DNA of 64,000 nt from Candidatus Nezhaarchaeales archaeon (GCA_038887515.1 JAWAKK010000001.1:416001-480000); one strand, 5' to 3'; counted from the stretch's first letter, positions 1 to 10,711 are shown. Numbers and translations: made by a program. Notes: generated by a model not told the origin, from the sequence alone.

Positions 1-2
1 AG

Positions 3-293
3 CTTGGAATAACTGTAGTATCGATAGACGCCCCCATAGGTACCTGGATAGCTAGAAGCAGCGATGCCATATGTCTTAGAATGCATGGACGAGACATCTG
101 GTACGCATACGATTACGAGGAGAATGAGCTTAGAGAGTTGGCCGTAAGAGTTCTAATGCTCAAGCCGAAAAGGGTGTACGTCTTCTTCAACAACGATCAC
201 TGGATGCTTGACGACGCAAGAGCTATGCTTCACATCCTAAAAGCTACACCAAACCATCATCTCCAAGACTTGACGTATAATGCACACTTCTAG
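3..293 (+). CDS. DUF72 (YecE-like) protein, C-terminal part; 5' end lies outside the window
   Basis: Frame is open from base 3 (LGITVVSIDAP...LRMHGR..WY.YDY...EL...VYVFFNND), typical of the DUF72 C-terminus. Confidence 0.8.
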   Translation, partial: LGITVVSIDAPIGTWIARSSDAICLRMHGRDIWYAYDYEENELRELAVRVLMLKPKRVYVFFNNDHWMLDDARAMLHILKATPNHHLQDLTYNAHF

Positions 294-360
294 GCGGAAG
301 CCTCAGGAAGTTTTTTCTACGATTTTCGCTTAACAGTGAATTGTGCATGGTGGTCTCTTC

Positions 361-1146
361 ATGGGGCTCGACGTGATAATATTGGCGGGCGGCTTTGCAA
401 AGAGGTTGAGACCCATATCGGACGTCATGCCCAAGCCGCTACTCCACATAGATGGAGTACCGTTGTTAAATCACGTTTTAGAGAAAGTATTAGAGATAGA
501 CTACGATAGGATAATAGTTTCAACGAACAAGAAGTTCGAGAGCTCATTTAGGTACTGGATGAAAACTCTTGAAGCAACTTACGAAAACGTCAAGATCTTC
601 TTGTCCGTCGAACCTTCACAAACAGAAGAAGAGAAATTTGGCGCTATAGGAGGTCTCTCTTATACTATAAAATTATTTAACGTGGACAAGGCTGGAAACG
701 ACCTTTTAGTTATTTTGGGAGATAATCTATTCGACTTTGATTTGAAGGGATTTGTAAGTTATGGAGCGAGGTTAAATCGGATAGTTATAGGAGCTTACAA
801 CGTAAAAAACGTCGATTTAGCAAAGAGATATGGTGTTATAGTGGCCGATGAGAAAAATAAGGTCCTATCCTTCATAGAGAAGCCAGAGAAGCCTCCTTCA
901 ACGCTGATATCTGTAGGAATATATTACATACCGAGCGGCTTTATTCAGAAAATTGAGGAATTCTTAGGAATGCAGAAGTACAAGGATGCAGTAGGCAAGT
1001 TCTTTGAATGGCTCTCTAAGAATGCAGATGTGTATGTGTACGGGTTTACAGGTTATTGGACTGACATAGGGACCCCGGAGTCCTATTTAGAGGCGAATAA
1101 ATGGGCTAGCGAGAGGAACTTAGGGAGAAGATGGCAGTGGCCTTAA
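361..1146 (+). CDS. Sugar-phosphate nucleotidyltransferase (NDP-sugar synthase, RmlA/GCD1 family)
   Basis: ILAGGFAKRLRP, PKPLL, GDN, EKP and WTDIGT motifs; ATG361 preferred over GTG343. Confidence 0.9.
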   Translation: MGLDVIILAGGFAKRLRPISDVMPKPLLHIDGVPLLNHVLEKVLEIDYDRIIVSTNKKFESSFRYWMKTLEATYENVKIFLSVEPSQTEEEKFGAIGGLSYTIKLFNVDKAGNDLLVILGDNLFDFDLKGFVSYGARLNRIVIGAYNVKNVDLAKRYGVIVADEKNKVLSFIEKPEKPPSTLISVGIYYIPSGFIQKIEEFLGMQKYKDAVGKFFEWLSKNADVYVYGFTGYWTDIGTPESYLEANKWASERNLGRRWQWP

Positions 1147-1161
1147 CTTAAGCTCCAATAA

Positions 1162-1947
1162 TTATGGGAAAATGCACTTAAGCTTACCAAGCTCTGGAAA
1201 CTCGTAGACTCCGGCTTCGGGCTCAACGACTATTGGCTTAAACGAGTCTATGTCGACTTGACTCTCCAAGATAGGAGAGAGTAAAAGGTTCTTAGGGGTT
1301 TCATTCATCGTAGAACCGCTTGCTAACGGCGAGAGCGCTGGAAGTACTATTACCATAACATTTTTCCAGAATCCCTTCAGGAAGCACTTGAACTTTCTCT
1401 TAACTCCAAAGCTATCTCTGACAGCTAGGGCTGGATGCTCGTGGCCCATAAGTAAGACTTCAACCTCTCTAGGTAGCTCTTCTAACAATTTATGCCCGTG
1501 AACCATTAAGTATCGACCTCTAATCATCATTGGATCATGGAGTTCTGCTCCATACTTCTTTAGTATGGTTATTATGTAGTTGTCGTGGTTCCCTCTGACG
1601 ACGTGGACTTTTAGGTTGCTATCTGTAAGGTGCTTGAGCATGTCTTTGACTTCTACCCATTCTTGACTTGTTGGAATCCCAAATTCGTGCTTAACGTCGC
1701 CGAGCATGACTATGCTTTCAGGCTTAATCTTTTCTACCATGTCGCTTATGGCTTGCTTCATTTTAGGGTAGGTAGATCTAGGCACATATATGCCCTGCTT
1801 TTGAAGGGCTTGCTCGTAACCTATGTGTAAATCTGTGACCACGAGTATCCCTACATCTTTCAAGTAGAGCCCCGGCAGCATACGATCAATCTCTATGTTC
1901 TTTGAGACTTCAAAGTTCACAGTAAAGGCACCCATGCCACTATACAA
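1162..1947 (-). CDS. Metallophosphoesterase, Lhr-associated MPE / COG1407 type
   Basis: DLHIG, GDVKH, GNHD, HGH and GHEHP calcineurin-like motifs; directly downstream of lhr. Confidence 0.85.
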   Translation of the reverse strand: MYSGMGAFTVNFEVSKNIEIDRMLPGLYLKDVGILVVTDLHIGYEQALQKQGIYVPRSTYPKMKQAISDMVEKIKPESIVMLGDVKHEFGIPTSQEWVEVKDMLKHLTDSNLKVHVVRGNHDNYIITILKKYGAELHDPMMIRGRYLMVHGHKLLEELPREVEVLLMGHEHPALAVRDSFGVKRKFKCFLKGFWKNVMVIVLPALSPLASGSTMNETPKNLLLSPILESQVDIDSFKPIVVEPEAGVYEFPELGKLKCIFP

Positions 1948-2003
1948 ACTAACCTCCTTAACCTTATTATATGTTAGCGAAAATTAGCCCAGTAAAAAAA
2001 TGT

Positions 2004-4637
2004 CTAGCTGTTAATCGATAGGCTCCTCTGAACCCTTTCAATAACTTGGTCGTAGAGATGCTGGAGCAAGGCTCTCCTATCGTCCATTAACACTACGTCG
2101 CTTAACCCTTGTAGTACTAAGCCGTGGGCAAACGGCGAAGGTAAGTCGTAGATGGGCATAACATAGAAATTCCTAAGACCCATTTCTATCTCTTTAAGGA
2201 CGTTCTCTGCCGTCTTAACGTCCATGAGGTCTTCGAGTACTTCTCTATAGGTTTCTTCGAGTACCGGAAATCCCTCTATGTCCTCGACAACGTCCATTAA
2301 TATTTGTGCGTTAATAATCTGCCTGCTGACCTTTACCTCTCTACCCTTATAGTTCCTTAGAATCATAAATGATCGTGTAGCACAGTGTCTAAACCTTCTT
2401 TTAACCATCTCCGTATGTTTAACTGCATCTCGAAGTAGTCTTCTTAAATTATCGTGGCTCACAGCGTTAAGTAACACGTTTACGTCGCGAAGCAACCTTC
2501 TAGGTAGAGTTAAGATGAAGCCTGTATCCCCCACCGTTACCGCGACGTTTACTCCAAGCATCTTCATTAAAGCATAGGCGTAAGCCCTTGAAAGCGCATC
2601 GTTAACTCTTCTACCGAAGACACAGTGGAATATTATGTTTTGCCTTCCTTCCGGGTCTAAGTAGTTCTCGACTAGGATTACCTTATTATTCGGTCTAGCT
2701 TTAATCCCAAGCATCTTCAAGAAGGATAGCATCGAAGCAAAATACATGTATATAGAGTTCGCGGCTTTTCTATCGCACCTGTACTCTACCATTAAGTACT
2801 TTACTACCTTGGTTTTCGACTCCTCCTCAACGAGCTTAAACATTTCTTCCCTGAACTTACCTATAGCTTCACCTAAATCGAAGCTTAACGGCAACATCTC
2901 TGAAAACCACGAGGGAACTGTAGGTTTAACGCCTTCCTTAGGGGTAACGTAGGCTCTCAGTCCAACTGCATACCTAAATTCATAGGGCTTACCGCCTAGT
3001 ATGAAGATGTCGCCTGGGCTAAGCCTTTCGAGAAACTCTTCCTCTATCGAACCAACCCATCTACCATCGAGTGTGAAGACTTTAACTGCAACTTCATCAG
3101 GTATGGTCCCTACATTCGTTGAATATATGAGCCTAAGTAGAGGTCCCCTTCTACCGAAAACTCCCTCCTTATCATCACACCATATCTTTCCATATACCTT
3201 GTATACTTCAAGCGTCGAGTACCAACCGCTTAAGTACTTTAAGATCGACTCGAAACTTTCATAAGACAAATTCTTATAGCAGAAACTTCTCTTGACGAGT
3301 TTGTATGCCTCCTTAACCGACCACTTCCTCTCAAGAGCCATTCCCACTACGTGTTGAGCTAGTACATCAAGGCAGTTTTCAGGTATATATACTCTATCGA
3401 GCTTGCCCTTGTACGCCTCGGAAACCATTACTGCGTCTTCAACCAAGTCGTCCATTTCTAGGCCTATAAGTATGCCTTTAGAAACTTTATCTAAAGCATG
3501 ACCTGACCTGCCTATTCTCTGCAAGCAGCGCGAAATGGACTTTGGAGAACCTATCTGTACGACTAGGTCTATGTAGCCTATGTCTATGCCGAGCTCAAGC
3601 GATGTGCTACAAACAACGGCTTTCATCTTTCCTTCCTTAAGCCTATCTTCAACGTTTCTCCTAATCTCTCTTGAGAGGCTACTGTGGTGGGCTGCAAGTT
3701 CATCACCGTCGACTACCTTAAGTTTAGATAGGTGGTACACTACCCTCTCGGTTCCACTCCGAGTATTAGTGAAGACAAGCGTCGTCGTGTGGGACCTTAT
3801 CAGCTTCTTGAGGGCTCTATACATCTTCTCGCTCGTAATCGACGCTGGAGTGTGCACTAAATCGTCTACGGGGCACGTGACCCTTAGATCTATTGATTTT
3901 ACAAACCTTGTATCAACTACAACGCAATCCCTCGGGGTCCCGTCATCGTTGCAACCCACAAGAAACTCTGCTACAGTCTCAAGTGGATGTATTGTCGCCG
4001 AGAGACCGATCCTTACGAACGGTCTACCGACAAGTTCTTGAAGCCTTTCAAGGCTCAACGTCAAGTGGACGCCTCTCTTCGAACTACAGAGTTCGTGTAT
4101 CTCGTCTACTATTACCCACTTGACAGTTTTGAGTTTCTGCCTAAACTTGGGAGCGCAGAGTATTATCGCTAAGCTTTCAGGGGTTGTAATTAGTATGTGA
4201 GGTGGCTTTCTAAGCATCGAAGCTCTTTCCGACTGAGTCGTATCGCCGGTTCTAACTGCAACTCTTATCTCGCCTACATTAATTCCCTCGGACTTAGCAA
4301 GCTCTTGAATTTCCTCTAAGGGTTTCTTAAGATTCTTGTATATGTCGTAGTTAAGAGATCTAAGAGGGGAGACGTATACACAATATACGCTATCTTGAAG
4401 CTCTCCGTTCCTTGACATTTTAAATAACTCGCTTATGATACTTATGAAGGCTGCTAAGGTCTTACCGCTACCAGTCGGTGACGCTATGAGAACGTTCTTG
4501 CCTTCGTATATGTGAGCTATGGCATAGCGCTGAGGCGGCGTTATATCTGGAAAACGCGAAAACCACTTAGCAACGATAGGGTCGAGTAGCTTAAGGACCT
4601 CTTCTTTACTAAAACTTTTATCGGCTCTTATAATCAA
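2004..4637 (-). CDS. lhr: Lhr-like ATP-dependent SF2 helicase (Lhr-core)
   Basis: SPTGSGKT, ITTPESL, DEIH, GLSAT, HHSSLS, SLELGIDIG and QRIGRSGH motifs; 877 aa. Confidence 0.93.
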   Translation of the reverse strand: MIIRADKSFSKEEVLKLLDPIVAKWFSRFPDITPPQRYAIAHIYEGKNVLIASPTGSGKTLAAFISIISELFKMSRNGELQDSVYCVYVSPLRSLNYDIYKNLKKPLEEIQELAKSEGINVGEIRVAVRTGDTTQSERASMLRKPPHILITTPESLAIILCAPKFRQKLKTVKWVIVDEIHELCSSKRGVHLTLSLERLQELVGRPFVRIGLSATIHPLETVAEFLVGCNDDGTPRDCVVVDTRFVKSIDLRVTCPVDDLVHTPASITSEKMYRALKKLIRSHTTTLVFTNTRSGTERVVYHLSKLKVVDGDELAAHHSSLSREIRRNVEDRLKEGKMKAVVCSTSLELGIDIGYIDLVVQIGSPKSISRCLQRIGRSGHALDKVSKGILIGLEMDDLVEDAVMVSEAYKGKLDRVYIPENCLDVLAQHVVGMALERKWSVKEAYKLVKRSFCYKNLSYESFESILKYLSGWYSTLEVYKVYGKIWCDDKEGVFGRRGPLLRLIYSTNVGTIPDEVAVKVFTLDGRWVGSIEEEFLERLSPGDIFILGGKPYEFRYAVGLRAYVTPKEGVKPTVPSWFSEMLPLSFDLGEAIGKFREEMFKLVEEESKTKVVKYLMVEYRCDRKAANSIYMYFASMLSFLKMLGIKARPNNKVILVENYLDPEGRQNIIFHCVFGRRVNDALSRAYAYALMKMLGVNVAVTVGDTGFILTLPRRLLRDVNVLLNAVSHDNLRRLLRDAVKHTEMVKRRFRHCATRSFMILRNYKGREVKVSRQIINAQILMDVVEDIEGFPVLEETYREVLEDLMDVKTAENVLKEIEMGLRNFYVMPIYDLPSPFAHGLVLQGLSDVVLMDDRRALLQHLYDQVIERVQRSLSINS

Positions 4638-4941
4638 CTTTCGCTCCCAAACCCAACCCTAGGTTAGGGGTAGGACTCTCTTAATCTTGCCGTACATGCC
4701 CTACGATAGTTGCCAAGAGTTAAGCATTGAAACCTTCATTTCCATTGGAGAGCTCTGTGATATAAGAATCAAAAAATTTACCGAACGAAAGACTTTTACT
4801 TTAAACGCTGAAATTATATTGATAGACGTGGAAAGTTAAGCGCCCCATTCATTGCCTAAGTGGTCTTTAAGTATTTTGAGGAAAAGGTTTTTAAGTTCGC
4901 CCCTGCCCTTTCTAGGGCATTCCTCGAAACGGGGTCACCGT

Positions 4942-5187
4942 GTGAGCTACAACGATAATATATTGAAGGTTGTTAAGGAGGCCGTAAGCTGCTTAAGCGC
5001 AACCGTAAACAACGGTATGAACGGTAGATGTAATCAGTGTTGCAGGAAGGAACTATGCGATTTACTTTACGAACTCGTCTCCTGCGGATATCGCATGTGT
5101 AGTGACTTGATGCATGGAGCGGTAATGCACACCATACTAGAAGTGGAGAGAACTGAGAGAGATATGGAAAGGGACGCTACGACGTAG
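4942..5187 (+). CDS. Small Cys-rich hypothetical protein
   Basis: ORF with in-frame GTG4942 after a GGGG purine run; BRE/TATA-like gaaaaggtttttaag at ~4881-4895; CxxCCxxxxC cluster. Confidence 0.45.
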   Translation: MSYNDNILKVVKEAVSCLSATVNNGMNGRCNQCCRKELCDLLYELVSCGYRMCSDLMHGAVMHTILEVERTERDMERDATT

Positions 5188-5192
5188 GAAAG

Positions 5193-6290
5193 CTAAGTTC
5201 GGAGAGCCCTCTCAATTCCATGAGCTATAACTTTGGCCGCTGACTCTATATCCCTCACGTCCACAAGCTCAACAGTTGTATGCATATACTTTAGCGGTAT
5301 CGAAATTAACATAGATTTTAGACCAGTCCTCGCTAACTGTACGACATCCATATCTGTCCTAGTTTTTCCAGCTTCAGAACCTATCTGGTAGGGGATGCCT
5401 GTCTTTTTAGCTTCATCTTCGAAGATCGCAGGCAGAGTTGATGGCACTGGCGGACCCCTCGCTATTACCGGACCTAGCCCGAGCTTTATCGGGCAGTCTT
5501 TCTCTTCAAAGCCAGGATATCCTCCTGCATGCGTAACGTCGACTGCTATTGCAAGTCTAACGCCTTCTTGATGCAATTTGTATCCAGCAACTGTAGCACC
5601 TCGAGCACCAACCTCTTCTTGAACCGTGAAGACTGCGTAGTGTTCAATGTCCAACTCATTCAGAAGCTTTGATGCCAAGATTGTTGCTGCACAGCCAGCC
5701 CTATCATCAAAGCCCCTTGATGCTATTATCGTTGAATTGCTTCTAGGTATTGGCGTGAAGTTCTTGTAGAGGTGGGCCAAATCCCCTATTCTAATGAGGT
5801 TCTCCACCTCGTCTCTGCTCTTCAAGCCTACGTCTACAAACATTTCTTGGATCTTAGGTGCTTTATCCCTCTCTTCGGGTCTTAAGTGGTGTATAGGCTT
5901 TGAGCCGATAACACCTAGAACTACTCTATCTCTCAAGTCCAGTCCGTCAAGGTCTCTTCCGCTACCATAGATGACTACTACCTCGCCGAGTAACACCCTA
6001 TCATCCCATCCGCCGATGGGCTCTATGTACACCAAGCCGTTCTCCACAATGCTCTTGACTGTAAAGCCCAGCTCATCCATGTGTGCTATAAGTGCTACCT
6101 TAGGCCTATCGCCAACCTTAACGTATAGATTTCCAAGCTCATCGACACTAAATGATGCTTGAGGTAGCGTAGTTCTAAGAAGCCCTTCTATTTCATCCTT
6201 GACAGGGTCCTCCCAACCAGATACTCCGGGAGTTAAGGTTAAGGTGCGCAATATGCTCATGAGTTCCAAGTCTATCACCGAGATGCTCAA
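5193..6290 (-). CDS. M42 family (TET-like) aminopeptidase
   Basis: GVSGWE, AHMDELG, DDRAG, QEEVG, DVTH and YMHT motifs. Confidence 0.92.
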   Translation of the reverse strand: MSISVIDLELMSILRTLTLTPGVSGWEDPVKDEIEGLLRTTLPQASFSVDELGNLYVKVGDRPKVALIAHMDELGFTVKSIVENGLVYIEPIGGWDDRVLLGEVVVIYGSGRDLDGLDLRDRVVLGVIGSKPIHHLRPEERDKAPKIQEMFVDVGLKSRDEVENLIRIGDLAHLYKNFTPIPRSNSTIIASRGFDDRAGCAATILASKLLNELDIEHYAVFTVQEEVGARGATVAGYKLHQEGVRLAIAVDVTHAGGYPGFEEKDCPIKLGLGPVIARGPPVPSTLPAIFEDEAKKTGIPYQIGSEAGKTRTDMDVVQLARTGLKSMLISIPLKYMHTTVELVDVRDIESAAKVIAHGIERALRT

Positions 6291-6363
6291 TTTGGTGTCA
6301 GAAATCCCTCTTCAATAACTTAAATGTTTTTATAAAGACAGTTATTAGAAGCCTAGCTAGAGA

Positions 6364-7647
6364 TTAAATGAAGCCCGGCTCTAGCTTCTCGACTTCTCGA
6401 CACTCCTCCAACTTAACGTATCCCAGTTTTACAGCTCTGACCCGTTCAACGCTCCTTAAAGGAGTCGATATCAACGCTTTCGCAGATTTAAAGTCTATGT
6501 TCTTCAGTATTCCTAAATCTAGGAAGACGCCTCTCTCGCCCATTAACCCTACAACGAGCCCACGTTCAAACCCCTTTATCAAGGTCCTGATAGCTCTATC
6601 GGCGAATGCGTTTCTAATGTCTCTGTAAAACTCTTTGTTTTCCGGAGGCTTCTCTAAAACTATTACTACCGAGTCGCAGGAGAGCTCACAATATTCAACT
6701 TTACAGCCAGCCATTGACTCTATTGCTTGGACAACTTCTGGAGGAGCTTTATATCCGCTGCCCATGAACGAACCTACTATAGCCACCCTATCCAAGCTTA
6801 AGGTATGGTCTACCAACCCCCTCTTAGTAAAGTAGTTATAGAAGGCTCTTTCGCGCAATGCCTTACGATCATTGCGATTACGTTGTCTAACCCAAGGAGA
6901 AGCTGGTAGCTCAACTACGCTGTATCCTAGAGCTTTAAACTGCTTTGTTAGATGCTTGAGCTCATTGTTTCTCTGGAGAGCAACTATGACGCTGGGATTT
7001 AAAGTCTCGACGGTGTAGAGCTGGTAAGCTCTTGCGGGTCCTCCGTAAACCATGCCTGGCGTATCTATCAAGACCGCTCCTCCAGCCTTTACTGCCTCGT
7101 TCACTAGTTTTAAGGTCCCCGTAACCATTGGCAGTAGGTGGCCAGCAGGAGAGGTCGAGCCTACAAAGTAGGCAGAAGTTAGGGGGGCTTCTTCGAGAAA
7201 TGCTATTTGCCTATCTAAAACGCTTAATCCTATTGTCGTGGGAGGGCCTATATCTGATTGACCTACATCACAGTCAACTACTGAAACCCTAAAACCCTTG
7301 GCGAGAAGCTTGTTCGCAGTGTAAGTGACGAAGAAGGTCTTGCCAGAGTCTATGTAGCCCAGCGTAAATATTATGGAGTCTTTAGACAGCGAGTCTATTA
7401 GGTTAACCCACTCTTTAGGTACCGTTGAGGTTTCGAGCTTGGTTATAGAGCCGCTTCCTCTAAGCTCTATTTTAGCTTCAGCAGGCGCCTCTATGAGTGT
7501 GGCTTTGGACATTGGTATGATGACTTCTTCACTTGCATTAAGGCTTTTGCCCGTAACCTCCATAAAACCTTCAATTAACTTGATCTTTAAAGGTCCTTCC
7601 GCGATATAGTAGCCTGCAATTCTCTCAATTTTCCCCGGAAGCACCAT
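6364..7647 (-). CDS. Clp1/Grc3-family polynucleotide 5'-hydroxyl kinase
   Basis: GYIDSGKT P-loop, DCDVGQSDIGPP, DTPG and RxxxR lid. Confidence 0.88.
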   Translation of the reverse strand: MVLPGKIERIAGYYIAEGPLKIKLIEGFMEVTGKSLNASEEVIIPMSKATLIEAPAEAKIELRGSGSITKLETSTVPKEWVNLIDSLSKDSIIFTLGYIDSGKTFFVTYTANKLLAKGFRVSVVDCDVGQSDIGPPTTIGLSVLDRQIAFLEEAPLTSAYFVGSTSPAGHLLPMVTGTLKLVNEAVKAGGAVLIDTPGMVYGGPARAYQLYTVETLNPSVIVALQRNNELKHLTKQFKALGYSVVELPASPWVRQRNRNDRKALRERAFYNYFTKRGLVDHTLSLDRVAIVGSFMGSGYKAPPEVVQAIESMAGCKVEYCELSCDSVVIVLEKPPENKEFYRDIRNAFADRAIRTLIKGFERGLVVGLMGERGVFLDLGILKNIDFKSAKALISTPLRSVERVRAVKLGYVKLEECREVEKLEPGFI

Positions 7648-8027
7648 CGCTTCGACCTCCGACTGTAGCTCTCGAAGTTTATATTGAAAAGTAACAAAAC
7701 GACTTTGAAAAGTTAACCAATATCAAAATCGAAAGAATGTTATAAAGTAAGCCAGCGACCTATCCTGGACTCCTTTTATTTTAAATGTTCGTTTAGCATT
7801 TAACATTCTCTTAGTTATATCTGAAGACGAGGGGTCTAAAGCAACTTTTACATCTTAAGGCCTCGGCTGCGTTGGCTTGATTTACGATATTCCATGTAAT
7901 ATAAACAGAGCGAGTTTAACGTAGTATTTTGGTATCCAAAGGAAAAGGGAGATTAAAGCTTAAGGTGAACGATACGTCCGATCCTGCTTAGAGAGTTTTT
8001 CTATTTCTTTCTTATTAGCCGTTCATC

Positions 8028-9215
8028 ATGTGGTGGTTAAGTTTCGTCTTCCACGAAGCTGGGTTTAACTTACTATTGATATTCTTACCGCTCTACGTAG
8101 TTGCTATTGGTGGATCACTTATCGATGTCGGCATTATGTGTATGATCGGTCAACTCTTAGTTATTCCAACCTCGATGTTTTGGGGTTACGCTTGCGATAA
8201 GACTAGAAGTTACAAGTTCTTTATCCTCCTGTCATTTCTATCCCTCTCGGTAATAATTTACTCCTTTATGATAGCCACGAAGGTAAGCCACCTAATAATC
8301 CTATATGCTGCATTATTTATTTTCCATTCAGCTCACGGTCCTCCGAGAAACGTGTTGATAGCAGAGCTATATACCTACGAAGAGTGGAAAAGGAACTTTG
8401 CAGTATTTGGAGGGTTCGCGGAGATCGGGCGGCTTATAGGATTGCTCATGGGCGCCTACATTTCATTTAGCGGGGCAAATACTGCCTCCCTAATAACCCT
8501 ATGTGGTAGCCTACACATAGTTGCTTTCATTTCATCTATCGTCCTTATTAAAGATCCCATAGTAATATTGGAGCGTCGTTTAGTAACTATAAGAAAGGTC
8601 GTAGACTTCATAAATAGTGGAGTATCTACCCTTTGTAAAGCCCTCGACGGTCTCTCTAGAACCCCTACTTATAGAGGGGAAAACATAAAGGCTTTTTGTA
8701 GCGGCTTAACTTTTTTTCAAATGGCATCGTCCATGCTTTTTACCCCTATGCCCATATTTCTTTCACGTAAACTAGCTCTTCAACAAGGCATGATCTTTGC
8801 AGTGTACGCCCTAAATTCTCTGGCTGTGATTTTAGGTTACCTATACTTAATTCATAGACCGAGCGAAACTGTTGATAAGACTTCTCTGCTTAAAATAGTA
8901 TTATTAAGAGGCGTGTTAGCCTTCTCAATGATCGCCGCATTATCATCAACATTCAGCATAGAAGCAATTACAGCCTTATTAGCTCTACTAGGCTACCTCT
9001 ACGCGCTGTTTGACGTCTACGTATTGACTATCTCTATGGAGTTTCTACCGCCTAAAAAAGTGGGGCTTATTGATGCTACAATAAACTTAGGCTCAGTCTG
9101 CGGAGCATTTATTGGGCCTCTCATCGCTGATATTATGGGCTTCAATTACGTTTTCCTGTTAAGTGGCATAACGTTCTTTGCTTCATTCGTAGCTTTTAAA
9201 GCCTTCAACAAGTAG
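8028..9215 (+). CDS. MFS transporter
   Basis: About 12 hydrophobic segments; WGYACDK motif-A-like; GPLIADIMGF. Confidence 0.85.
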   Translation: MWWLSFVFHEAGFNLLLIFLPLYVVAIGGSLIDVGIMCMIGQLLVIPTSMFWGYACDKTRSYKFFILLSFLSLSVIIYSFMIATKVSHLIILYAALFIFHSAHGPPRNVLIAELYTYEEWKRNFAVFGGFAEIGRLIGLLMGAYISFSGANTASLITLCGSLHIVAFISSIVLIKDPIVILERRLVTIRKVVDFINSGVSTLCKALDGLSRTPTYRGENIKAFCSGLTFFQMASSMLFTPMPIFLSRKLALQQGMIFAVYALNSLAVILGYLYLIHRPSETVDKTSLLKIVLLRGVLAFSMIAALSSTFSIEAITALLALLGYLYALFDVYVLTISMEFLPPKKVGLIDATINLGSVCGAFIGPLIADIMGFNYVFLLSGITFFASFVAFKAFNK

Positions 9216-9382
9216 TTTCTCGATTGATGCGATTCGTGCCGCATAGCTTCGTATAGACTGACGAGCCAGAGATTCATGGAGAAATACTACAGAATAACGT
9301 AAAGTTCGACACAAAGTCTCAACCAATTTTCGTAGAAGATTAGTGACAGTGCTAGTTTTATAATAGCAAGGGTTGAAGCTAT

Positions 9383-10276
9383 ATGATACCTAATAGGATG
9401 AAGAATGTAGTATTCTCGGCTATATTTATCATCCTCATCTTTACGTCGAGCATCCTAGCTTATGAAAATTACATACTACAAGGGGCTACAACTTCCCTTC
9501 GACAAGAATTAAATGATGTGACTCTAAACTTTAAAGCCATCGAAGATAGATATGAACAGTTATTAAAAGAATACGAAAAACTCTCCTCAACGCATCAACA
9601 TTTCTTCGAGAGGTACCTTTCCCTCAACGAATCATATAACGCACTAAAGATGGAGCACTTTATAATCCTCAAAAACTACGAGAAGCTTATGGCGGACTAC
9701 CTAGAATTAACTACAGCTTATTTGCTACTCAACAATTCTTATACAGCTCTCCTTCAAAGATACGAAGAACAGGTTAAAAGTTACTTGGAACTTCAAGGTA
9801 CTTACGAGCTCATTTCTAACAAGTTCGAAGCACTACAAGCTAACTTTTCGCTCTTAAAGAAGGCTTATGATGATGTCTGCTTTGCGATGTATCGCCCGCT
9901 TCTATCGAGTGATATTATTACTCCAACAATCAGCGAACTCGATGACTGGCTTAGACAAGACACTACAGATCTTATACCTTACTCAAAGTGGGACTTCATT
10001 TGTGGGGACTATGCAGTAATGTTGTCGATGCATGCCAAGCTAAATCGCTGGGACATGGGTATAGTGCTGGTCATTGGCAGAGATTCTCAAGGAAACACTT
10101 TCAATCACGTATTCAACGCTATAAAGTGTAGAGAAGGTTTAGTATACATTGAACCCCAAAACGACCAAATTTTCTACGGACCAATAACGGTAAGCGGTTG
10201 GTATTACCATCCGGGATTTGGAATGATACATGTCGAAAACTTCATAATTGTAGTGCCCTACCAAATACCATTATAA
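9383..10276 (+). CDS. Membrane-anchored coiled-coil protein with C-terminal transglutaminase/cysteine-protease-like domain
   Basis: N-terminal TM, heptad repeats (L..Y..L..Y), then FICGDYA, HVFNA and YIEPQND (putative Cys-His-Glu triad). Confidence 0.65.
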   Translation: MIPNRMKNVVFSAIFIILIFTSSILAYENYILQGATTSLRQELNDVTLNFKAIEDRYEQLLKEYEKLSSTHQHFFERYLSLNESYNALKMEHFIILKNYEKLMADYLELTTAYLLLNNSYTALLQRYEEQVKSYLELQGTYELISNKFEALQANFSLLKKAYDDVCFAMYRPLLSSDIITPTISELDDWLRQDTTDLIPYSKWDFICGDYAVMLSMHAKLNRWDMGIVLVIGRDSQGNTFNHVFNAIKCREGLVYIEPQNDQIFYGPITVSGWYYHPGFGMIHVENFIIVVPYQIPL

Positions 10277-10384
10277 GAGGCTAAAAATAAAGAAGAGAAC
10301 AATGTTGTATGCTTCTATAGGATGAGGCTAATCAAATTAAGACGTAGATTCAAGTTTTAAAGCTAGATTTACATCAACCATCGC

Positions 10385-10711
10385 TTACCTTACTTTAGAC
10401 CCGGGAGGAGCATCGCCGTCAACAGTTAACCAGATCGGCTTACCGTTAACGTCCGCTGCTAGTAGCATGCCTTTCGACTCAACCCCTGCAATTCTCTTCG
10501 GCTTCAAGTTCACTAAAACTACAAGGCGCTTACCTACGAAATAACTTGGATCGTAGTATTCAGCTCCTCCTGCAACTATCTCTCTCACTTCGTCTCCTAC
10601 ATCAACCTTTAACTTTAAAAGCTTCTTTGACGTTGATATTCTTTCAGCTTCAAGTACGACTCCAATCCTAAGATCCAACAAGTTGAATTGATCTATAGTT
10701 ACCTCGCCCAT
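10385..10711 (-). CDS. tRNA-binding OB-fold protein (Trbp111/CsaA/MetRS C-terminal-like)
   Basis: LDLRIG, KLLKLKVDVG and NLKP...GVESKGMLLA motifs. Confidence 0.9.
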   Translation of the reverse strand: MGEVTIDQFNLLDLRIGVVLEAERISTSKKLLKLKVDVGDEVREIVAGGAEYYDPSYFVGKRLVVLVNLKPKRIAGVESKGMLLAADVNGKPIWLTVDGDAPPGSKVR

